Positions 48,601-60,000 of a stretch of DNA of 64,000 bases are shown here, piece after piece. Positions within the stretch are counted from its first letter, which is position 1. Each line of letters opens with the position of its first letter. Where the stretch lies: the NCBI GenBank assembly GCA_032718475.1, contig JAUCBJ010007863.1:88477-152476 (forward strand), in the 5' to 3' direction. The notes under the pieces were generated by a model that was not told where the DNA came from, did no database searches, and saw nothing but the letters and a program-made list of their open reading frames with translations. Source of the DNA: Nemertoderma westbladi. Its lineage: Eukaryota; Animalia; Xenacoelomorpha. The position numbers were made by a program, and so were the translations under genes.

Positions 48601-51600
48601 GCCTAACTAACTCGTTTATATGCCTAAATAACTAGTTTATATGCCTAACTAACTAGTTTATATGCCTAATTAACTCGTTTATATGCCTAATTAACTCTTT
48701 TATATGACTAACTAACTAGTTTATATGCGTAACTAACTCGTTTATATGCCTAAATGACTCGTTTATATGCCTAAATAACTAGTTTATATGCCTAACTTAC
48801 TTGAAGATATCAGCCTGTAACATCACGTGATCGGCACCTTTCAGTTTTCCGAATAAGTTGAGATGTTCCAGAACAGACATGTCGTCATAGAGAAGGGTCT
48901 CCTGAGGGCAGACGCCAAGAGTTCGGTATACGTCCTGGGTGTCTGATAGGATGTTGGCGTCATAATGGAAGGCTGTACCGTGGGTGGGAGGTAGAACTCC
49001 AGTGAGCATAGCCCTGTAAGAATAGTCATAGAGGAGAGTAAAGTTCGTTCATTTAGTAAGCACTACTGGAGGAGGTTGGGGCATCGATACCAAAATATTC
49101 ACTCTACCATTTCGTATCTAGATCCTTGTGACAAAAGAGTTTTGACGATGATAGTTTCCTTAGTAGTTCTTCTATATAAAGATGGTATTTCTCTCGCGTA
49201 GCAATAAAATAAATAGTTGGGGTTCCCAACTTTATTAATAGTAGCTTTTCAAGAATTACCATGTGGTCTGAACCGATTAGGATGTGGTGTGACACGATTA
49301 GGATGTGGTCTGAACCGATTAGGATGTGGTGTGAACCGATTAGGATGTGGTGTGACCCGATTAGGATGTGGTGTGAACTGATTAGGATGTTGTGTGAACA
49401 GATTAGGATGTGATGTGAACTGATTAGGATGTGGTGTGAACCGATTAGGATGGGGTGTGAACCGATTAGGATGTGGTGTGAACCGATTAGGATGTGGTGT
49501 GAACCGATTAGGATGTGGTGTGACACGATTAGGATGTGGTGTGACACGATTAGGATGTGGTGTGACACGATTAGGATGTGGTGTGAACTGATTAGGATGT
49601 GGTGTGAACCGATTAGGATGTGGTGTGACACGATTAGGATGTGGTGTGAACCGATTAGGATGTGGTGTGACACGATTAGGATGTGGTCTGAACCGATTAG
49701 GATGTGGTGTGAACCGATTAGGATGTGGTGTGACCCGATTAGGATGTGGTGTGAACTGATTAGGATGTTGTGTGAACAGATTAGGATGTGATGTGAACTG
49801 ATTAGGATGTGGTGTGAACCGATTAGGATGTGGTGTGAACCGATTAGGATGTGGTGTGAACCGATTAGGATGTGGTGTGACGCGATTAGGATGTGGTGTG
49901 AGGATGTGGTCCTGTATACCCTCGAAACAGGAAAAGGGCCCCCTGGACTGACAACAAAATTCAGAAGTGCCGAAATGACCTTCATAAGGCGCAGAAAGAG
50001 TCCCGACTCAAACAGACTACAGCGGCCAAGAATGCAGTTAAAGCTGCATCTAGGTCCCTGAACAGGCAGTACTCTGTTAATCTGCAGGAACTAATAAACC
50101 AACAGGTTGATGCCATCAATGATGCTGACGACAGCAGGCAATCATCCCAGGCATGGAAATCGATCAATCTGCTTACTGGGCGGAAAAGTCAACCAACCAC
50201 CAAGGTTAAGGCTGAATCACCAGCCGATCGCCTCAATGGTTGGAAAGCCCACTTTGAAAAGCTCCTCAATAATGACAGGGTATTGCCTGATAACTTTATA
50301 GAAGTAAAAGTGTCTGAGTCTGTACTCCCAGATATTCCCATTGGCGATATCTCCTTTGCAGAAGTGAAGGCTGCTGCAAAGAGCATTAAGACCAATCGTG
50401 CCAGTGGAGTAGATGGTGTTCCCCCTGAGGTCTTTAAAATACCTGAGTGTTTAAAGCTCATCTATCCCATCATAGTAGACATGTACCGTACAACAAGAGT
50501 CCCACAAGAAATGAAAACAAATAAGTTGGTGCCAGTTCCCAAGAAGGGCAACCTAACACTCTATGGTTCTTTTCGGGGAATCTCATTGATCTCGATTGCT
50601 GCAAAACTATACAATAGAATTCTATTAAATCGCATCAGGGATCCCATTGAGAGACTGCTACGTGGAAATCAGAATGGGTTCCGTAAAGGTCGTGGGACCA
50701 TGGAGCCCATTTTGGCACTTAGAAGGATAATTGAAGAGTTATCAAAAAAGAAAGACAGGCATCTGGCTTTTATCTTTGTTGACTTCTTCAAGGCCTTTGA
50801 TTCAGTCTCTCGCTCACGTATGTTCAGCATACTTTCATTATATGGGATTCCTGATGAAATTATTGCAGCAATCAGATCAGTATACGATGGTTCGACAACA
50901 TTTGTGTCCACTGTTGACGGTGACACAGAACCATTTGAAGTGTTATGGGGCGTCCTCCAAGGAGACACACTTGCACCATTCTTGTTCATTATTGTGGTTG
51001 ACTATGTTCTACGCATGTCCTTAGATCATCATAATGATGATGGGGTGATGATAACTCCACCTACTGGCTCCAGAAGTCGAGGAAATCCTGCTAAGTACCT
51101 AACTGATCTAGACTTTGCTGATGACTTAGGAGTACTCTCAGAATCATTAGAGGGAGCCCAGCGGCTCCTCAGCTCATTAGAACATGCTGCTTCTAGTATT
51201 GGTCTTTTTATTAACTCCAGAAAGACCAAAATTCTGACAGTTAACTTTGAAAGTCCTCAGCAAGTCTCTGATCGGATGAGCATAAGCTCAAAGGATGGTA
51301 TGCTTGAGCATGTGGACGACTTCTGTTACCTGGGATCATGGATCCGGAAGTCAGGTGAGGACCTTCGAATACGTAAGGGAAAGGCATGGGCAGCCTTGAA
51401 TAGGCTTTCCAGGATTTGGAAGTCACGTAGAATTAATCAGAAACTTAAGGTCCGATTATTTAGAGCAGCAGTAGTTCCAGTACTCCTCTACGGGAGTCCA
51501 TGCTGGGCTCTAACTGCTGAGGACACCAAATCTCTGGATGGCACATTCACAAGAATGCTACGCCGGGTACATTGTGTCAAGTACAATGCACACATCTCCA

Positions 51601-54600
51601 ACCAGACACTATATAACATTGGAGGTGTCTCATTGGTTCCCCCAAGCTTGACACTAGAACAAAATCGCCTCCGCTTTGCAGGACATTGCTTTCGCCGTGA
51701 GGACCAGCCAGTGCATAATCTTGTACTTTGGCAGCCTCATGGAGTGAATAAGCATGGTGGACAGCCCATGACTTTCTTGAGACGCATCTTAAAGGACACT
51801 GGCCTTAAAGATGCGGATGATCTAGCAAATGTCATGGGTGATAGGGAGTTGTGGCGGTGCAATTTTGTTGACAAGCCGGCACAGCATTCTTAAAAATGCA
51901 GCTGCAATGCAGCATGCCGATCCTAGTAGTAGTAGTAGGATGTGGTGTGACACGATTAGGATGTGGTGTGAACTGATTAGGATGTGGTGTGAACTGATTA
52001 GGATGTGGTCTGAACCGATTAGGATGTGGTGTGACGCGATTAGGATGTGGTGTGACACGATTAGGATGTGGTGTGACACAATTAGGATGTGGTGTGACAC
52101 GATTAGGATGTGGTGTGACGCGATTAGGATGAGGTGTGAACTGATTAGGATGTGGTGTGACACGATTAGGATGTGGTGTGACACGATTAGGATGTGGTGT
52201 GAACTGATTAGGATGTGGTGTGAACCGATTAGGATGTGGTGTGACACGATTAGGATGTGGTGTGAACCGATTAGGATGTGGTGTGACGCGATTTGGATGT
52301 GGTGTGACACAATTAGGATGGTGTGTGACCCGATTAGGATGTGGTGTGAACCGATTAGGATGTGGTGTGAACTGATTAGGATGTGGTGTGAACCGATTAG
52401 GATGTGGTGTGACCCGATTAGGATGTGGTGTGACCCGATTAGGATGTGGTGTGAACTGATTAGGATGAGGTGTGAACTGATTAGGATGTGGTGTGAACTG
52501 ATTAGGATGTGGTGTGAACTGATTAGGATGTGGTGTGACACGATTAGGATGTGGTGTGACACGATTAGGATGTGTTGTGAACCGATTAGGATGTGGTGTG
52601 ACACGATTAGGATGTGGTGTGACACGATTAGGATGTGGTGTGAACTGATTAGGATGTGGTGTGAACCGATTAGGATGTGGTGTGAACCGATTAGGATGTG
52701 GTGTGAACTGATTAGGATGTGGTGTGACACGATTAGGATGTGGTGTGAACCGATTAGGATGTGGTGTGAACTGATTAGGATGTGGTGTGACACGATTAGG
52801 ATGTGGTGTGACACGATTAGGATGTGGTGTGAACTGATTAGGATGTGGTGTGACACGATTAGGATGTGGTGTGACACGATTAGGATGTGGTGTGAACCGA
52901 TTAGGATGTGGTGTGACACGATTAGGATGTGGTGTGAACTGATTAGGATGTGGTGTGACACGATTAGGATGAGGTGTGAACCGATTAGGATGTGGTGTGA
53001 CACGATTAGGATGTGGTGTGAACTGATTAGGATGTGGTGTGACACGATTAGGATGTGGTGTGAACTGATTAGGATGTGGTGTGAACTGATTAGGATGTGG
53101 TGTGAACTGATTAGGATGTGGTGTGAACTGATTAGAATGTGGTGTGAACCGATTAGGATGTGGTGTGACACGATTAGGATGTGGTGTGAACTGATTAGGA
53201 TGTGGTGTGAACTGATTAGGATGTGGTGTGACACGACTAGGATGTGGTGTGAACCGATTAGGATGTGGTGTGACACGATTAGGATGTGGTGTGAACCGAT
53301 TAGGATGTGGTGTGAACCGATTAGGATGTGGTGTGACACGATTAGGATGTGGTGTGAACTGATTTGGATGTGGTGTGAACTGAATAGGATGTGGTGTGAA
53401 CCGATTAGGATGTGGTGTGAACTGATTAGGATGTGGTGTGAACCGATTAGGATGAGGTGTGAACTGATTAGGATGTGGTGTGACACGATTAGGATGTGGT
53501 GTGACACGATTAGGATGTGGTGTGAACTGATTAGGATGTGGTGTGAACCGATTAGGATGTGGTGTGACACGATTAGGATGTGGTGTGAACCGATTAGGAT
53601 GTGGTGTGACGCGATTGGGATGTGGTGTGACACAATTAGGATGTGGTGTGACGCGATTGGGATGTGGTGTGACCCGTAGGATGTGGTGTGACACGATTAG
53701 GATGTGGTGTGAACCGATTAGGATGTGGTGTGACACTGATTAGGATGTGGTGTGAACTGATTAGGATGTGGTGTGACACCGATTAGGATGTGGTGTGGCC
53801 CGATTAGGATGTGGTGTGACACGATTAGGATGTGGTGTGACACGATTAGGATGTGGTGTGAACTGATTAGGATGTGGTGTGACACGATTAGGATGTGGTG
53901 TGACACGATTAGGATGTGGTGTGACACGATTAGGATGTGGTGTGAACTGATTAGGATGTGGTATGACACGATTAGGATGTGGTGTGACACGATTAGGATG
54001 TGGTGTGAACTGATTAGGATGTGGTGTAAACTGATTAGGATGTGATGTGACCCGATTAGGATGTGGTGTGACCCGATTAGGATGTGGTGTGAACTGATTA
54101 GGATGAGGTGTGACACGATTAGGATGTGGTGTGAACTGATTAGGATGTGGTGTGAACTGAATAGGATGGGGTGTGACACGATTATGATGTGGTGTGAACC
54201 GATTACCATGTGATCTGACCCGATTAGGATGTGGTATGACCCGTAGGATGTGGTGTGACCCGATTAGGATGGTGTGTGGCCCGATTAGGATGTGGTGTGA
54301 ACCGATAAGGATGTGGTGTGAACCGATTAGGATGTGGTGTGACACGATTAGGATGTGGTGTGAACTGATTAGGATGTGGTGTCAACTGATTAGGATGTGG
54401 TGTGGCCCGATTATGATGTGGTGTGAACCGATTACCATGTGGTCTGACCCGATTAGGATGTGGTATGACCCGTAGGATGTGGTGTGACCCGATTAGGATG
54501 GTGTGTGACCAGATTAGGATGTGGTGTGAACCGATTAGGATGTGGTGTGACACGATTAGGATGTGGTGTGAACCGATTAGGATGTGGTGTGAACCGATTA

Positions 54601-57065
54601 GGATATGGTGTGAACCGATTAGGATGTGGTGTGTCACGATTAGGATGTGGTGTGACACGATTAGGATGTGGTGTGACACGATTATGATGTGGTGTGAACC
54701 GATTACCATGTGGTCTGACCCGATTAGGATGTGGTATGACCCGTAGGATGTGGTGTGACCCGATTAGGATGGTGTGTGACCCGATTATGATGTGGTGTGA
54801 ACCGATTAGGATGTGGTGTGACACGATTAGGATGTGGTGTAAACCGATTAGGATGTGATGTGACCCGATTAGGATGTGGTGTGAACTGATTAGGATGTGG
54901 TGTGGCCCGATTATGATGTGGTGTGAACCGATTAGGATGAGGTGTGGCCCGATTAGGATGTGGTGTGAACTGATTAGGATGTGGTGTGACCCGATTAGGA
55001 AGTGGTGAGACCCGATTAGACTGTGGTGTGAACCGATTAGGATGTGGTGTGAACTGATTAGGATGTGGTGTGAACTGATTAGGATGTGGTGTGAACTGAT
55101 TAGGATGTGGTGTGACACAATTAGGATGTGGTGTGGCCCGATTAGGATGTGGTGTGACACGATTAGGATGTGGTTTGAACTGATTTGGATGTGGTGTGAC
55201 CCGAGTAGGATGTGGTGTGACCCGATTAGGATGTGGTGTGAACTGATTAGGATGTGGTGTGAACTGATTAGGATGTGGTGTGACTCGATTAGGATGAGGT
55301 GAGACCCGATTAGGCTGTGGTGTAAACCGATTAGGATGAGGCGTGGCCCGATTAGGATGTGGTGTGAACCGATTAGGATGTGGTGTGGCACGATTAGGAT
55401 GTGGTGTGACTCGATTAGGATGAGGTGAGACCCGATTAGGCTGTGGTGTAAACCGATTAGGATGAGGCGTGGCCCGATTAGGATGTGGTGTGAACCGATT
55501 AGGATGAGGTGTGAACTGATTAGGATGTGGTGTGACCCGAGTAGGATGTGGTGTGAACAGATTAGGATGAGGTGTGGCCCGATTAGGATGTGGTGTAAAC
55601 CGATTAGGTTGGTGTGTGACCCGTGTAGGATGTGGTGTAACCCAAAAAGATTGTGGTGAAACCCGCGCCTTATTATTTAAATTTTTCATAATTCAATTTC
55701 AGGCTACACAACAAGGCTATACAAAAAATATTAATACTAAAATAAATAACTATTATAATTAAATTCTTGGCTCACTAGAAACTCATTCAAGGTAATTCCT
55801 TTATTTCAATATGTTAGATTGTAAAGTTTACTTACATAGTAGTGGATTTCCCAGAACCATTGTGGCCCAATAGAACAGTAATCTGTCCCTCGTACAGATT
55901 TAGCGAGAGACCATCAACAGCTTTCAACCCTCCTGGATAAGTTTTTGATAGTGAAACTATTTCTGTGCCGATTTCTAATCCATATGGGTCGGCCTCAGAA
56001 TTATCTGAACAAAATTATAAAGGGAAGTCAATTAATATAATATCATCTACACAAACCTAATAAAATGTATCAACTCAAACCGACACAAATCCGACTCAAC
56101 TCCAACTCAAACCAACTCAACTCCGACTCAACTCCAACTCAAACCGACTCAACTACGACTCAACTCCAACTCAAACCGACTCAACTCCGACTCAACTACA
56201 ACTCATACCGACTCAATTCCGACTCAACTCCAACTCAAACCGTCTCAACTTCAACTCAAACCGACTCAACTCCAACTCAAACCGACTCAACTCCAACTCA
56301 AACCGACTCAACTCCAACTCAAACCGACTCAACTCCAACACAAACGGACTCCACTCCGACTCAACTCCAAATCAAACAGACTCAACTCCGACCCAAACCG
56401 ACTCAACTCCGACTCAACTTCAACTCAATCCGCCTCAACTCCAACTCAAACCAACTCAACTCCGACTCAACTCCAACTCAAACCGACTAAACTCCAACTC
56501 AAACCGACTCAACTCCGACTCAACTCCAACTCATACCGACTCAACTCCAACTAAAACCGTCTCAACTCCAACTCAAATCGCTCAACTCCAACTCAAACCG
56601 ACTCAACTCCAACGCAAACCGACTCAACTCCGACTTAACCCCAAATCAAACACACTTAACTCCGACCCAAACCGACTCAACTCCGACTCAACTTCTACTC
56701 AATCCGACTCAGACCGACTCAACTCGAACTCAAACCGATTCAACTCCGACTCACCCGGATTTGGCTGTTCTCTTCTACGAGTCTCAGCCCTGTCGATATC
56801 GAACTTCCCCTGTTTGGCGTTACCATAGCAACTGCTACAGGAGCACAGCCTACCATAGGAACACCAGTAAGATGGAGTCAACGGGAAATACCATGGCAAC
56901 GGGATGCCAGTCTTTCCTGCATTAAAATTAAAACAATAAATATAAAATCTAAGGAATCGTTTGGGTTAACATAATTAATTGTTAGTGGCAAGGAATAAAG
57001 GGTTTAACATGAAAAAACGGAAGTTATAATAAAATACATTCATACATACATACACCCCTACACCT

Positions 57066-57096
<31 letters not shown>

Positions 57097-60000
57097 CACC
57101 CCTACACCTATACATACATACAAACATACATACATACCTGGAAAGATGTTGCTTATATACCATGCAGCAATGATATGAAGGAATCCATCAATAATTAGCA
57201 TGAGACAAGACCATTTAAAGTTCATTGTAGGACCGGATTCTAAGTAGATGAAATCCAACGAGTCCCAATGCATGCCTCGCCCCAATATCTCTAGACGACT
57301 GATAAACTGACAGGCCCAGGCCTGGGCGGTAGGAAATGCCAAACACTGAAAAGTTTAAATAAAGTGAATAAAAAATGTAAAAAAGAAAAATTAAATATAT
57401 ATATTTTTGTAAAACATTATATTTAAAGTAAAGTAAATATTTTAGTCAACTATGTTATCTAGTCATTTTAGGCGACAACTATGGAGAATCGGGAAGCCTG
57501 GAAGGATCTCATTTCCACTGTCCGAGTTCGCTCGACCTAGTAGTAGTAGTAGTAAATATTTTAGTAAAAGTAAGTATTTTATTTATAAATAATAGTAATA
57601 GTTGAAGGCGAAGCATACACCGACTTACAGCGATGAGTTTCATATAGAATTCGAGGTCGATTTCCTTAAAGAGAACGGCGACGAACGGGAGATACAGAGC
57701 CCAGTAGGTAAGGGTCCCACACAGGGTAGCCAGACTGGCGCGGTTAAACAACGAACTTATAAGGAAACTAAACATAAAGGGGGTAGTAGGATAATATATA
57801 TAATATAAGTCGCAAGGGAGATAAAGTAGAGGTCTATAAAGTTTTGAATCTCAAGCTATTTTCCCGAAATAAGTTAGTAAAATTATACATTTTTTACTTA
57901 GCGTGAAATACATATGCACAGATAACTTTATATTATTCATGAGAATGGTATAGAAACGATGTAACTTTATATTACTCATGAGAATGGTATAGAAACGATG
58001 TAACTTTATATTACTCATGAGAATGGTATAGAAACGATGTAACTTTATATTACTCATGAGAATGGTATAGAAACGATGTAACTTTATATTACTCATGAGA
58101 ATGGTATAGAAACGATGTAACTTTATATTACTCATGAGAATGGTATAGAAACGATGTAACTTTATATTACTCATGAGAAGGGTATAGAAACGATGTAACT
58201 TTATATTACTCATGAGAATGGTATAGAAACGATGTAACTTTATATTACTCATGAGAAGGGTATAGAAACGATGTAACTTTATATTACTCATGAGAATGGT
58301 ATAGAAACGATGTAACTTTATATTACTCATGAGAATACTATAGAAACGATGTAACTTTATTTTACTCATGAGAATGGTATAGAAACGATGTAACTTTATA
58401 TTACTCATGAAAATGGTATAGAAACGATGTAACTTTATATTACTCATGAGAATGGTATAGAAACGATGTAACTTTATATTACTCATGAGAATGGTATAGA
58501 AACGATGTAACTTTATATTACTCATGAGAATGGTATAGAAACGATGTAACTTTATATTACTCATGAGAATGGTATAGAAACGATGTAACTTTATATTACT
58601 CATGAGAATGGTATAGAAACGATGTAACTTTATATTACTCATAAGAATGGTATAGAAACGATGTAACTTTATAATACTCATGAGAATGGTATAGAAACGA
58701 TGTAACTTTATATTACTCATGAGAATGGTATACAAACGATGTAACTTTATATTACTCATGAGAAGGGTATAGAAACGATGTAACTTTATATTACTCATGA
58801 GAATGGTATAGAAACGATGTAACTTTATATTACTCATGAGAAGGGTATAGAAACGATGTAACTTTATATTACTCATGAGAATGGTATAGAAACGATGTAA
58901 CTTTATATTACTCATGAGAATGGTATAGAAACGATGTAACTTTATATTACTCATGAGAATGGTATAGAAACTATGTAACTTTATATTACTCATGAGAAGG
59001 GTATAGAAACGATGTAACTTTATATTACTCATGAGAATGGTATAGAAACGATGTAACTTTATATTACTCATGAGAATGGTATAGAAACGATGTAACTTTA
59101 TATTACTCATGAGAAGGGTATAGAAACGATGTAACTTTATATTACTCATGAGAATGGTATAGAAACGATGTAACTTTATATTACTCATGATAATGGTATA
59201 GATACGATGTAACTTTATATTACTGATGAGAATGGTATAGAAACGATGTAACTTTATATTACTCATGAGAATGGTATAGAAACGATGTAACTTTATATTA
59301 CTCTTGAGAATGGTATAGAAACGATGTAACTTTATATTACTCATGAGAATGGTATAGAAACGATGTAACTTTATATTACTCATGAGAATGGTATAGAAAC
59401 GATGTAACTTTATATTACTCATGAGAATGGTATAGAAACGATGTAACTTTATATTACTCATGAGAATGGTATAGAAACGATGTAAGAGTGAAATAAGTGC
59501 TTCAATGATCTACTATAATATTTATAGTAGGTCATGGTGCGGTGCTACATATCTTAATAACCATAGCGCATATACTGTAGCATATTTTAGTACCGCCCAT
59601 CTTAAGCATTGAAACGAAACCATTATGTAGAACTATGGAGTTAGCTTTAGGAGTTAGCTTTAGGAGTTAGCTTTAGGAGTTAGCTTTAGGAGTTAGCTTT
59701 AGCAGTTAGCTTTAGGAGTTAGCTTTAGGAGTTAGCTTTAGGAGTTAGCTTTAGGAGTTAGCTTTAGGAGTTAGCTTTAGGAGTTAGCTTTAGGAGTTAG
59801 CTTTAGGAGTTAGCTTTAGGAGTTAGCTTTAGGAGTTAGCTTTAGGAGTTAGCTTTAGGAGTTAGCTTTAGGAGTTAGCTTTAGGAGTTAGCTTTAGGAG
59901 TTAGCTTTAGGAGTTAGCTTTAGGAGTTAGCTTTAGCTATGCTAATGCGGGTGTAGTGGATTAAACCGCTGTCTCGAATTCATATAGTTCCAAATTTCCT

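Larger units (their letters stand above)
20777..48800. repeat. 21/17-bp satellite filling a 28-kb intron and starting at the 5' splice site (segments 20777-25095, 42248-42393, 43394-45944, 48157-48800)
   Basis: Units ctaactaactcgtttatatgc and ctaactcgcttacatgc; first unit on minus is the donor GTAAGTTAGGCATATAAACTA. Confidence 0.95.

Noticed and set aside
49104-55689. Long ORFs such as (SHHILIG)n, (IRMWCEP)n and (TPHPNRF)n
   Set aside because: Translations of a 21-bp intronic satellite whose unit is a multiple of 3; open on both strands, no sign of coding.
59637-59937. Telomere-like TTAGG within the 13-bp repeat and other satellites
   Set aside because: Embedded in longer units inside an intron; not a (TTAGG)n or (TTAGGG)n array.
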